This document shows positions 21,646 to 30,732 of a stretch of DNA of 64,000 nt, piece by piece. Location of the stretch: IMG/VR virus record IMGVR_UViG_3300046170_000323. The stretch is one strand, 5' to 3'. Both the position numbers and the translations under genes were made by a program. This DNA is from a virus (taxonomy: Duplodnaviria > Caudoviricetes). Every line of letters begins with the position of its first letter. The first letter of the stretch is position 1. Below the pieces are notes generated by a model. The model was not told the DNA's origin, did no database searches, and saw only the letters and a program-made list of their open reading frames with translations.

Positions 21646-21897
21646 ATGGCTTTAGAAAAAGTAACAACACAAGATAAAATTGAGATCGTAGGCGATTACA
21701 AAATCGTGCAGGTTCGTACAAAAACCGCAATCATAGAAGATGGAGTTGAAATCTCCTCAAGTTTTCACCGACATGTCGTTGCGCCAGATGCAGACATCAC
21801 AAGTGAAAGCGCAGATGTTCAAGCCATTTGTAATGTAGTTCATACTGATGAAGTTAAAGCAGCTTATCTCGCACATCTTGCGGAAGAAAGCGCTTGA
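21646..21897 (+). CDS. Fibre-associated small protein
   Basis: QDKIEIVG..KIVQVRT..I.EDGVEISSSFHRHVV; follows the YEEGT fibre. Confidence 0.7.
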   Translation: MALEKVTTQDKIEIVGDYKIVQVRTKTAIIEDGVEISSSFHRHVVAPDADITSESADVQAICNVVHTDEVKAAYLAHLAEESA

Positions 21898-21922
21898 CAA
21901 CCTAAAATTTATTTGTTATAAT
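21894..21922 (+). promoter_or_regulatory. Sigma70-type promoter
   Basis: TTGACA, 17 bp, TATAAT. Confidence 0.8.
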
Positions 21923-21944
21923 ATGAAAAGAAATTGGAGATAGT

Positions 21945-22619
21945 ATGTTTAATCATGTAGACCACGGCATTGAGTTGCCCAAATTAACTAGGGAAACGAA
22001 AGAGTCTGGTCGAAAATACTTTACTCCAGAAGGAAATGCATACCCCTCAATCACAACAGTCCTCGGCATTCTATCGAAACAATCGATTGCAGAATGGCGA
22101 AGACGTGTGGGTGCAGAGGAAGCAAATAGAATCTCTCGCAGGGCAGCAGGACGTGGGACTGCAGTACACAAACTTGCGGAAGACTATATAGATAACGTGC
22201 AAAATTGGCAGGACAAACATATGCCTGCAAACCTCTTCACGTTCAATACAATTAAAAGACTGATTGATGAGAACCTTAATAATGTTTGGTTTCAAGAAGA
22301 ATTCTTATATAGTGATAAACTCAAAACGGCAGGTCAAGTAGACTGCATTGCTGAGTGGGATGGTGAGTTGTCGATAATCGACTTCAAGACTTCTAGAAAA
22401 CTCAAAAAGGAAGATCACATTCAGAATTACTTTATGCAGGCATCTTTTTATGCGGCTGCATTCTTGGAAAGAACAGGTGTTCCTATCAAACAAGCTGTCA
22501 TCCTCATTGCGGTTGACGATAACGAACCACAGGTGTTCAAGGTAGATACATTCGACTACCTCGAACATTTTTGGTCAGTAAGGAGCGCATATGCTGAACT
22601 CTATGAGGGAGAAGGATGA
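21945..22619 (+). CDS. PD-(D/E)XK exonuclease
   Basis: YPSITTVL, GTAVHKLAE, AGQVDCI, IIDFKTS, YFMQ. Confidence 0.88.
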   Translation: MFNHVDHGIELPKLTRETKESGRKYFTPEGNAYPSITTVLGILSKQSIAEWRRRVGAEEANRISRRAAGRGTAVHKLAEDYIDNVQNWQDKHMPANLFTFNTIKRLIDENLNNVWFQEEFLYSDKLKTAGQVDCIAEWDGELSIIDFKTSRKLKKEDHIQNYFMQASFYAAAFLERTGVPIKQAVILIAVDDNEPQVFKVDTFDYLEHFWSVRSAYAELYEGEG

Positions 22620-22677
22620 TGATCCTCGTCGAGATGATCCTCACGACGATTGTACACACTGGTTAGGAAAGATGTAA
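22591..22677 (+). CDS. Micro-ORF (28 aa) MLNSMREKDDDPRRDDPHDDCTHWLGKM
   Basis: AAGGAG 5 nt upstream of ATG; overlaps the exonuclease 3' end. Confidence 0.45.
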   Translation: MLNSMREKDDDPRRDDPHDDCTHWLGKM

Positions 22678-22688
22678 GGAAATATATT

Positions 22689-22910
22689 ATGGAATCAAAG
22701 TTGCTATATGATGATAGACATGGTGGCCCTTATGATAGGGGTGGTGCTGACAGTTACTATGGAAGAGGGTTCAGACCCCACTACTTTGTAGGTGATACAT
22801 ATCGATCTGATGCTGTTGAGTTAGAAGACATGACACCAGAAGAGATCACTGCTTACTCTGCAGGTTACCGTGATAACGAAGACGATGGTAATTTTAAGGA
22901 TTGGGGATAA
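22689..22910 (+). CDS. Conserved phage hypothetical protein
   Basis: HGGPYDRGGADSYYGR...YSAGYRDNE. Confidence 0.7.
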   Translation: MESKLLYDDRHGGPYDRGGADSYYGRGFRPHYFVGDTYRSDAVELEDMTPEEITAYSAGYRDNEDDGNFKDWG

Positions 22911-23009
22911 TGTACACAGTTAACGGAAAAAGGTTCAATTGCGTTTTAGATGCAATTGACTACAGAGATCATTTGGACGCTCATTATATAAAGGTAGTTT
23001 GGGAGACAC

Positions 23010-23480
23010 ATGCGTAACCTAAATACAGTCAGAAGGTCATCTTCTACCCCGATACAATTAGACGGAGGTTCAATGATCGAATTACCCAAAACTAAAACGA
23101 GATACATCATCATTGATGACAGTAATGGTGTGTTCTTAGGAACATACACAATGGCTGACTTTGAGGAAGAAATTGAAAGTAACTTTCTTCAAGAAGGCGA
23201 GTATATCGCTCAAGAAGATTTAGACAAATCCTTTGCACTCTTCGCAAAGGACAATCCATTCTCAATCCATCGTGCCTGTTCCTTCGCATCAGTCGAAGAA
23301 GCACAACGGTTCATCAAAGATAGTTTCGGAAAGACTGCCAAGAACCTCAAACTTGATGCCTTTCCAGTTGAGACAACAACCTATTATCCAGATATTGTTG
23401 ACCTTATCAAGTCTGGATATTCACAACATACATTCGATATGTTGGACGGACTAGAAAGTCCCTCAAAAAAAATGCATTAA
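23010..23480 (+). CDS. Hypothetical protein
   Basis: 156-aa ORF. Confidence 0.65.
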   Translation: MRNLNTVRRSSSTPIQLDGGSMIELPKTKTRYIIIDDSNGVFLGTYTMADFEEEIESNFLQEGEYIAQEDLDKSFALFAKDNPFSIHRACSFASVEEAQRFIKDSFGKTAKNLKLDAFPVETTTYYPDIVDLIKSGYSQHTFDMLDGLESPSKKMH

Positions 23481-23495
23481 AATCAAAAAAAGTGC

Positions 23496-23524
23496 TTGAC
23501 ATTTGTTTTTAAAACGTTTATACT
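23496..23524 (+). promoter_or_regulatory. Early sigma70-type promoter
   Basis: GCTTGACA, 17 bp, TATACT after an A-tract. Confidence 0.75.
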
Positions 23525-23568
23525 GTGTGTATAAATTGAGTTTAACCTCTCGTAAAGGAGAAATACAA

Positions 23569-24525
23569 ATGGCACATGAACTAGAAATCGTTGGTGGTGA
23601 AGCACAAATGGCCTACCGTGAGAGCAAGGGTCTTCCTTGGCATGGACTAGGTACACCAGTACATGATTTTATGTCACCACAGATGATGATGGAAGCAGCT
23701 GGTCTCGACTGGGACGTTGAGAAAGTTGATACCTTTATTCGTTACAAAGGTGACAATGTAAAAACAGGACAACAAGCACTTGTTCGTTCTACAGATGGTA
23801 AGATCCTCACACAAGTAGGTGAAGGATGGAATCCAGTACAGAACGCAGAAGCGTTCGAATTCTTCACAGAGTTTGTATCTAACGGTGACATGATCATGGA
23901 CACTGCAGGTTCACTTAAAGGCGGTCAGATCGTCTGGGCACTTGCAGATGTACGTGATGGTTTTGAACTGTTTGGTGGTGACGAAGTGAAAGGTTACCTT
24001 CTGTTCTCAAACCCACACCAGTACGGTAAAGCAATCGACATCAAGTTCGTAATGGAACGTGTTGTCTGCAATAACACACTGACTGTGGCACTGAACGAAA
24101 AGGGTATGCCTGGCGTTCGTATCAATCACCGTTCGCAGTTCAATGCAGATATGGTGAAACAGACTCTTGGTATCGGACACAATCGTGTAGAACGTTTCAA
24201 AGAAGCTGCAGAGTTTCTTGGTTCAAAGAACTACAACAAGTTCGATCTTCAGAAGTTCCTTGGTGATGTATTCGGTACGTCTGCAAAGGAAGGTAAAGAT
24301 CTTTCTCGTACTGCAGAACGTGCACTTGAGATTGTCGAGACACAGCCTGGAAATGAGTTCAAGCCTGGCTCATGGTGGAATGCATACAATGCAGTGACTT
24401 ACATGACTGACCACGAACTTGGTCGTTCTGCAGACACTCGTATGACTTCTGCATGGTTTGGTGTTAACGCAAAACGTAAAGTTGATGCCTTAAACACTGC
24501 ATTAGAGTACGCAGAATCTGCATAA
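23569..24525 (+). CDS. DUF932 family protein
   Basis: MAHELE, PWHGLG, WNPVQN.EAF, TAGSL.GG, RVVCNNTL; AAGGAG RBS. Confidence 0.88.
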   Translation: MAHELEIVGGEAQMAYRESKGLPWHGLGTPVHDFMSPQMMMEAAGLDWDVEKVDTFIRYKGDNVKTGQQALVRSTDGKILTQVGEGWNPVQNAEAFEFFTEFVSNGDMIMDTAGSLKGGQIVWALADVRDGFELFGGDEVKGYLLFSNPHQYGKAIDIKFVMERVVCNNTLTVALNEKGMPGVRINHRSQFNADMVKQTLGIGHNRVERFKEAAEFLGSKNYNKFDLQKFLGDVFGTSAKEGKDLSRTAERALEIVETQPGNEFKPGSWWNAYNAVTYMTDHELGRSADTRMTSAWFGVNAKRKVDALNTALEYAESA

Positions 24526-24529
24526 GGTT

Positions 24530-24549
24530 GGGGGGATTTCCCCCCTTTT
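24530..24549 (+). terminator. Intrinsic terminator
   Basis: G6-ATTT-C6 hairpin followed by TTTT. Confidence 0.65.
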
Positions 24550-24566
24550 CCTCGAAAGGATAAAAT

Positions 24567-25298
24567 ATGCGTGTTATGTTAACAGGTCACAGAGGTTTTA
24601 TAGGTAGTTACCTATATGATCGATTGGTAGATGAAGGTATGGATGTTGAAGGCTACGATATCATAAGTGGTCAAGATCTCTTCGACTGCCCTCTACCAAA
24701 AGATCCCCCTGATCAGATTATCCATCTCGCAGGCCTAAGTGGTGTGCGTGATAGTATGAAAGATCCAGCGGGATACTGGCGTAATAATGTTGAAGTATCT
24801 AAAAGATTATTCGAACGTTATCCTCGTACCAGAATTCTATATGCGAGTTCTTCTAGTATATACGAACCAGACTTGAATCCATATGCTGCGAGTAAGTATA
24901 TTGTGGAAGAGTCGGCACAAAGACACCCCAACACATTAGGAATGCGATTCCATACTGTATATTCAGATAAACCACGTAAGGGAATGTTCTTACAAAAGTT
25001 ACTGGATGATGAGTTAGAATACGTTACTACTCACAGACGTGACTTTATTCATTTAGAGGATCTCTGTGATGCAATCCAATTGTTGATGGAACATCCCATA
25101 GGCGGATATACAGATATAGGTACAGGAGATCCAGTAAAGGTTTCGGATCTAGCGCCCAGTTCATTACCAGTAAAATTGAACACACCAAATGAAAGAGAAT
25201 ACACTTGTGCAGATATTCACAATCTGCAAGATCTAGGATGGACACCCATTCATGATGTGAGGAAACTAAAACATGGCGTACAGAACAGCCCAGAGTGA
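24567..25298 (+). CDS. NAD-dependent epimerase/dehydratase
   Basis: TGHRGFIG, HLAGLSGV, ASSSS, YAASK. Confidence 0.9.
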   Translation: MRVMLTGHRGFIGSYLYDRLVDEGMDVEGYDIISGQDLFDCPLPKDPPDQIIHLAGLSGVRDSMKDPAGYWRNNVEVSKRLFERYPRTRILYASSSSIYEPDLNPYAASKYIVEESAQRHPNTLGMRFHTVYSDKPRKGMFLQKLLDDELEYVTTHRRDFIHLEDLCDAIQLLMEHPIGGYTDIGTGDPVKVSDLAPSSLPVKLNTPNEREYTCADIHNLQDLGWTPIHDVRKLKHGVQNSPE

Positions 25299-25644
25299 TG
25301 TCAGAGAAAAGTTTGATATCAATCTAATTGACGAAGTATTAGAACACTCAGGTGGGGCGCTATATGCTCTTACAGTACCATTGAAGAATGGAAGGAACAT
25401 CCTTACCCATTCTAATCTGTCTTGGAACTGGAGTGTTCTATATGATTGTAAATATAATGACACAGAGAAGATATGGGAAAGTCATATTAATCTGTGGAAA
25501 CGTGGACAAGAGAAAGCAGGACTCTCTACTCGTCGAAAGAAAGTCTCAAAGAAAATGTGGGACGATCTGGAAAAGAAATGGAAGAAAGAAAAAAGCGAAT
25601 CAAAGAGCACGTTCATTGCGTGTGGAAAAAAAGATGGCGATTGA
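25273..25644 (+). CDS. Hypothetical protein
   Basis: 123-aa ORF. Confidence 0.6.
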   Translation: MAYRTAQSDVREKFDINLIDEVLEHSGGALYALTVPLKNGRNILTHSNLSWNWSVLYDCKYNDTEKIWESHINLWKRGQEKAGLSTRRKKVSKKMWDDLEKKWKKEKSESKSTFIACGKKDGD

Positions 25645-26044
25645 ACGTGTAGCTGCAGAAGAGTTGAGAAAGAAACTCGCAGAAGAAGAAAAGATCCAAA
25701 GAGATCTGGCGATGAAACGCATCATGGAAGAAGAACCGCCGAAAGATGTTAGAACTGTTAAGACACGTAAAAGACGTACCAAGGCAGAAGTAAAGGCAGC
25801 GAAGGCGGCAGAGAGTACCTTAGATGCATTCATGGAGAAACCTAAACGGAAACCTAGAAAAAAGAAAGTTGTCAAGAAGTATAAGACTGCAGAGTTTCAA
25901 GCACTCACTAAACCACAACTAATACATATAGGTAGCAAACAATTCAAAACAAAACTCGACAGTCGTAAGAAGAAAGATGATCTGGTTAAAGATCTTATGA
26001 AAGCGCAACGAGAGTTTTTTAAACCAAAGGGTAAGAAGAAATGA
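25634..26044 (+). CDS. Lys-rich protein with Rho-N-like C-terminal motif
   Basis: LTKPQLIHIG...KLDSRKKKDDLVKDL. Confidence 0.55.
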   Translation: MAIERVAAEELRKKLAEEEKIQRDLAMKRIMEEEPPKDVRTVKTRKRRTKAEVKAAKAAESTLDAFMEKPKRKPRKKKVVKKYKTAEFQALTKPQLIHIGSKQFKTKLDSRKKKDDLVKDLMKAQREFFKPKGKKK

Positions 26045-26466
26045 TCATACACGAACCCACATCAAATACTGCTGGTGTAATTGAACACTACAGTGATCCA
26101 AACGGGCCGACTGTAACTTATGTTTTGACAACAGATTTATATCAACCTAGTGCGAACGTACAGTTTACTGCAGATGTGTTTTATCAAAACCCAGCGAATG
26201 AAGATTTTGGAAATCATTACTTTGGGATTTATCAGCGTGGGACTAATACTTACATTTGCAACGCAGATCAGGTTGAAGACTATATGATTGGTATGGTAGA
26301 GAATGATGATGGCGACTTAGTCTATTCATCTAATCGTCATGACCACAAGTCGTTTGATAATGGAAACATGATTGACGGTGGTCGTGACTACCTGCATTCT
26401 GCAGGGGAAGTTCAATATTACAAAATTGCTAACGGAGAGTTTTATGAAGTACGCATTGATGGTTAA
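26041..26466 (+). CDS. Conserved phage hypothetical protein
   Basis: YSSNRHD...MIDGGRDYL motif. Confidence 0.65.
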   Translation: MIIHEPTSNTAGVIEHYSDPNGPTVTYVLTTDLYQPSANVQFTADVFYQNPANEDFGNHYFGIYQRGTNTYICNADQVEDYMIGMVENDDGDLVYSSNRHDHKSFDNGNMIDGGRDYLHSAGEVQYYKIANGEFYEVRIDG

Positions 26467-26638
26467 TTATGACTACGCAAGTGGTAATGATTCAGATTGG
26501 GTTTATGTAAACGCAGCAGGTATGGAAAGTTCTATGCCACAAATGTATGAAGATTTTGATAGTGCTTATCAGGCTGCGACAGTTTGGATGCAACAGAACA
26601 AAGGACAGTCGAAGGTTGTAGAGTACTTGTCTGAATGA
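26444..26638 (+). CDS. Hypothetical protein
   Basis: ATG with GGAG RBS. Confidence 0.55.
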   Translation: MKYALMVNYDYASGNDSDWVYVNAAGMESSMPQMYEDFDSAYQAATVWMQQNKGQSKVVEYLSE

Positions 26639-26856
26639 TATACAAGTGGTTTGGTACGGTATGTTTTCTATCGGCCGCAATTCTGTTGTCAGCTAACATC
26701 GAATGGTCTCGTTATGGTTTCTTTGTTTTCCTTACTGGTCACATAGTACTGAGTTATTACTTCTGGTTTAGACAAAAAGATGCAGCTCTCGCAACACAGA
26801 ATACTTGTTTTATTCTGATTGATGCAATGGGTATATACAGGTGGTTTATTGCTTGA
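26635..26856 (+). CDS. Small multi-TM membrane protein
   Basis: Three hydrophobic segments; GIYRW terminus. Confidence 0.65.
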   Translation: MIYKWFGTVCFLSAAILLSANIEWSRYGFFVFLTGHIVLSYYFWFRQKDAALATQNTCFILIDAMGIYRWFIA

Positions 26857-27142
26857 AGACTTCTTAGAAGATGATCCACAGATCATATCTGAACAAATAC
26901 GCCTGCGCATACGCCTGTGCGTGTATGCGTACGCTTACGAGATTGCGAACGAAACTCTGATACCAGATCACGAATTTGATGCAATGTGTCTAAAGGTTGA
27001 TCCGTCCATAGAGACAGGTAACGAAAAGATGGATGCGTGGTTCAAGAAAGAGTTCGATCCATCTACAGGACAATGGATCCACAAACACCCAGAACTTGGC
27101 CGTATTGTGGACATCTACAAGAAATATTATCAAAAAAGTTGA
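26819..27142 (+). CDS. Stand-alone NAD-dependent DNA ligase subdomain Ia-like protein (start possibly TTG 26849)
   Basis: YAYAYE....LIPDHEFD resembles the YY....P.I.D.EYD motif. Confidence 0.55.
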   Translation: MMQWVYTGGLLLEDFLEDDPQIISEQIRLRIRLCVYAYAYEIANETLIPDHEFDAMCLKVDPSIETGNEKMDAWFKKEFDPSTGQWIHKHPELGRIVDIYKKYYQKS

Positions 27143-27190
27143 TTTTTTTTCAAAAAAAGGCTTGCCTTTTGCTTCAATAAGCATTATATT
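27138..27190 (+). promoter_or_regulatory. Early promoter variant
   Basis: GGCTTGCCT, 17 bp, TATATT followed by shared leader AATAGTGTAAGTTGAGAAAAG. Confidence 0.7.
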
Positions 27191-27225
27191 AATAGTGTAA
27201 GTTGAGAAAAGAAAGAGAGTTTGAT

Positions 27226-27564
27226 ATGAAAAACAATGCAATGAACGTCCTGATCGAAAAAATCAAAGAAGACTACCTTGCGTGGCATACACGTAGAGGC
27301 GAAGAAATGTCTCCTCACGCCCTTAAAATGATCGAAGAATTCAACAATGGTCTTGAGATCAAACAAGGTCGTAAGTACACAAAGATTATTTCAAACCGTT
27401 CAGTTTGGGGTTTCATCGTGAACACTGAAAACGATAAGAAGTTTCAGTTCGGTGATATTCTGAAAGCAGCAGGTTGGGCGACACCCACTCGTAACGCTGC
27501 ACGTGGTAACATCTTCAATGATGAGTATCATGTAAACTGGACTGGCCCTGATTACTTGGTTTAA
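27226..27564 (+). CDS. Conserved early phage protein
   Basis: GRKYTKI...SVWGFIV...GDILKAAGWATP...RGNI. Confidence 0.75.
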   Translation: MKNNAMNVLIEKIKEDYLAWHTRRGEEMSPHALKMIEEFNNGLEIKQGRKYTKIISNRSVWGFIVNTENDKKFQFGDILKAAGWATPTRNAARGNIFNDEYHVNWTGPDYLV

Positions 27565-27575
27565 GGAGAACTGAA

Positions 27576-27851
27576 ATGAAAATACCTCAAGTAAAACCCG
27601 ATTGGAATACAGGCATCTACATTGGAAACGGTGTAGTAGCCAAAGAACCTACAGATGAAATTGCGCAAATGCAAAAAGAGTATGAGTTTTTCAGTAACAT
27701 GTTAAAGACACTGGAACGTAAGAAAAAGAACTCGCCTGGCAACTGGACGCCAGGCAATGGTTTCGCAAAGATGAAATGTCGTGAACGCATTGCAGCACTT
27801 GAAGCAGCGTTTGATAAAATTGATTATATGACACAGGTGGTATACGACTAA
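27576..27851 (+). CDS. Hypothetical protein
   Basis: 91 aa, AAGGAG RBS. Confidence 0.6.
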   Translation: MKIPQVKPDWNTGIYIGNGVVAKEPTDEIAQMQKEYEFFSNMLKTLERKKKNSPGNWTPGNGFAKMKCRERIAALEAAFDKIDYMTQVVYD

Positions 27852-28042
27852 TGATTACTGTAGATCTAAAAGGCCCACAGGGCAATGCATTCTATCTCAT
27901 GGGTTACGCTCAGACACTCTCAGACAATCTTGGGATTGATGCAGAACCGATTATAGAAGATATGCAATCGGGTGACTATGGTCATCTTTGTGAAGTCTTC
28001 GAAGAACACTTTGGCGATTACGTGGAGTTAGTTGATGCATGA
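27851..28042 (+). CDS. Conserved small phage protein
   Basis: GPQGNAFYLMG...MQSGDYGHL. Confidence 0.7.
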   Translation: MITVDLKGPQGNAFYLMGYAQTLSDNLGIDAEPIIEDMQSGDYGHLCEVFEEHFGDYVELVDA

Positions 28043-28295
28043 CGTTGATGAATGGGAACAATCTGTCATTGATAATGCAGTATCTTATTCAGTAGTTGCC
28101 TTTACTCCTCAGAGAGGGTCTCAGGCGGTGCCTGAGTTACCTTCTTTTGATATTGCATATGAGACTGCAGAGAACACTCTAGCGCAAGACGGGCGTGTAC
28201 GGGCGTGCATGATATACGCAGTCAATGAATACAACAACCATGCAATGGTTGGATCTCTTAACTCTCATGGATGGACACCTGTAGAAAGGAAGTAG
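28032..28295 (+). CDS. Hypothetical protein
   Basis: 87-aa ORF. Confidence 0.6.
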   Translation: MMHDVDEWEQSVIDNAVSYSVVAFTPQRGSQAVPELPSFDIAYETAENTLAQDGRVRACMIYAVNEYNNHAMVGSLNSHGWTPVERK

Positions 28296-28925
28296 ATGTC
28301 TCAACAACAACCTAAAATAGGCGGACACATTTATCGTGCGTTCCCTACACCACTGTATAGAGAAACTTTAAATCTTGATAAGACTATTATCAATCCTATC
28401 TTAAGAGATATGGAGTTCCGTAGATTGCCCAGTGATGATGGGTGGTCAAGTCCAAGTAATTATATTTTGGATGAAGATCTTGCACCTGTAAAACCTCTCA
28501 TCCAACAACAGATGGATAATTTCGGTTACAACCATATGAAATTTAAAAAGTCTCAAACCTTTGAGATAACCAACAGTTGGGTGATGAAACACAAAGAGGG
28601 TGACTTGGCTGGAATGCACTGGCATTCTAACAGTCTCTTCTCTGGTATTCTCTATCTACAATGCGATCCGCAATCTGGAGACTTGATTTTTGTTAATCAA
28701 CAAAACTGGAACAATAATATATTTTCATTTGATTATGAAGAAGACTCTCCACTAAACCAAGACTCAATTGCGACAACGCCAGGCGAAGGAGATATCATTA
28801 TCTTCCCATCCAAGACGTATCATATGGTGACACCATCTAGATCAAAAGATATGCGTTTTTGTATTGCATTTAACGTATGGGTAAGGGGAGATGTCGGTAG
28901 AAGTAACGCTCAAGTTACTCTCTGA
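28296..28925 (+). CDS. Putative 2OG-Fe(II) oxygenase (TIGR02466-like)
   Basis: SWV, HWH.NSLFSGILYL, IFPS..YHMV, RFCIAFN. Confidence 0.8.
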   Translation: MSQQQPKIGGHIYRAFPTPLYRETLNLDKTIINPILRDMEFRRLPSDDGWSSPSNYILDEDLAPVKPLIQQQMDNFGYNHMKFKKSQTFEITNSWVMKHKEGDLAGMHWHSNSLFSGILYLQCDPQSGDLIFVNQQNWNNNIFSFDYEEDSPLNQDSIATTPGEGDIIIFPSKTYHMVTPSRSKDMRFCIAFNVWVRGDVGRSNAQVTL

Positions 28926-29069
28926 CCACTTCTAAACTCTATCCACAACTTCTCTTTCTTAGTTAAAGGGGGGCTTGAATGTATATCCCTTATGTGGGAT
29001 GAATATTCTGCCCTCTTTTTCTAATTGTTCTGGTGTTGTCTCAAAGTTGCATATTTCTATCTTTTTCAT
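28910..29069 (-). CDS. Hypothetical protein (~52 aa), +1 at g-run 28968-28973
   Basis: MKKIEICNFET...FRSGQRVT* after repair. Confidence 0.4.
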
Positions 29070-29079
29070 TCTAATATCA

Positions 29080-29689
29080 CTAGTTAGCCAATGGGTTGTC
29101 TAGTGCCCTCTGTAACTTGTTAGTAATGTCAGTTTCTAATGTCGACAGATCACGTTCTACTTTGTTCTCTAAGTCAGTCATACGCTGATCATTAGACGAA
29201 CGAAGCGCATTGGGCCTTTTCATCATAATCGTTCTGAAGAGCATCCCTTTTGTTTTCAAAACGTTCTTCTGCGTTCTGAATGATTTCTCTTACTTCGTTT
29301 TCTTGTTCTCTGAGTTTGTCCTCAATTCTGTCGACAGTTTTTTCAATGCCCAGAATATCATCACGTAACCCTTGTTTAATGTCACGTGTGTATGAAATTG
29401 CCTCTTCGATACGAACTAGGTTCTCATCCATCTTAAGGATGACCTTTTCGTTCTCAGCCGCAATTGCGTCTACATCTATGTTCTGTACGATCTCTTTCAT
29501 GTCAGTATAATCTTTATATACTTCAAATGCACCGTATAACGAACCACCTATCGCACCAAGTAGTGCGAACAATGCCCCGATAGTAGTAGGGGTCATTGTA
29601 ATACCGAAGATTTTCATCTTCTTATTCTTTAATTCTTCAACCTCATTCTCAAATGCTTCAAGACCGTCACCTAAGTCTTTTTCAGCCAT
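29080..29689 (-). CDS. Single-TM coiled-coil protein (~202 aa) ending ALDNPLAN; +1 at ggg 29212-29214
   Basis: TM IGALFALLGAIGGSLYGAF, then ~140-aa heptad region; repair extends ORF 29192-29689. Confidence 0.7.
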
Positions 29690-29992
29690 TTATTTTCCCT
29701 TTGTAGTCTTCCTTTTTTTAGACTCAACCGCATCTAAACGTTTTTCAATATCATCGATTTTCTTAGTGATCTTTGGATACTTCTTTCTCCAAGCGTCTTC
29801 TGGTTGTTCTAACCAAGTCCAACCCCAACGTTCTACTAAGAAGTCCATTGCATTGTCAAACTTCGCATACAACCACAACGCCATACGTGTCGTTGAGAAC
29901 CAAGTTGAAAATGCAAGACCAATAATCGATCCTGCTATTGCAGTATAGATCCATAGTCGATCCCCTGTCATCTGTGTAATCATATCCCACAT
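29690..29992 (-). CDS. Small TM protein with basic tail
   Basis: TM LWIYTAIAGSIIGLAF; Lys-rich C-terminus. Confidence 0.7.
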   Translation of the reverse strand: MWDMITQMTGDRLWIYTAIAGSIIGLAFSTWFSTTRMALWLYAKFDNAMDFLVERWGWTWLEQPEDAWRKKYPKITKKIDDIEKRLDAVESKKRKTTKGK

Positions 29993-30724
29993 TACACTAC
30001 ACCCTTCGTTGCGGCGACATAGTTATCCATGCCGTGATCTTTTGCACCGTCGAGTATTCCTGATTTCCATCCTCTCCACTTATCTTTGATCATCTGCCAC
30101 GTAGTTAACTTACGGATATTACCATAAAAGTTTATATACTGTAACTTACCGTGGTGTTTGTATCCCATAATAAACAATGGAACTTTTGTTACAATGTCGT
30201 TATTGTTTACATATCTCATATGTGGAGTTGAGATGTGTTTAACGAATTTGCGTGTACCAACTCTGGGCGAACCGAAAGTTGTTAACTGTTCTACCTTTAC
30301 TGCTTCCTCTAAACGAGAAGTCGCAATCGTTGCCATTGCTGCACCAAGTGAGTGACCAGTAATATAGATCTTTTTACCTTGGTGTCCTTTAGTCTTACCG
30401 TTATCTCCGCCCCAATGTTTCATAATTGGATTCCAGAGTTTATCAGTCTCACCTCTAAAACCTGAGTGGACTAAACCGTGAGTCATTGCGCCACGTGGAA
30501 TCGCATTAAGATCTGCAAGAACATCTGAAAGTTCTGAGGGTTCTGTTCCTCTAAATGCGAGTACATATTCGTTTTTATTCCAAATTGCGTGGCATTGTGC
30601 ACCACCCTTTTCGAAAAACTTGTGTCCAGTATATCCAAGTTCTTTCATACGTGGTTTTGCTTCTTTACCGTCAAGGTACGCTAAAAGCGGCCAACTTGGC
30701 CATTTTGTGACAAACTTCTGACAT
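29992..30724 (-). CDS. Lipase class 3 (alpha/beta hydrolase), ~243 aa; +1 at aaaa 30683-30686
   Basis: LAFRGTE, VHSGF, ITGHSLGAAMA, TFGSPRVG, DIVTKVP, DH; repaired start MSEVCHKMAKLAALAY with GGAG RBS. Confidence 0.88.
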
Positions 30725-30732
30725 TTACTCTC

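Noticed and set aside
21945-22619. Cas4 / CRISPR association of the PD-(D/E)XK exonuclease
   Set aside because: No array or other cas genes, and the four-Cys Fe-S motif is absent; this is a common T4-like exonuclease
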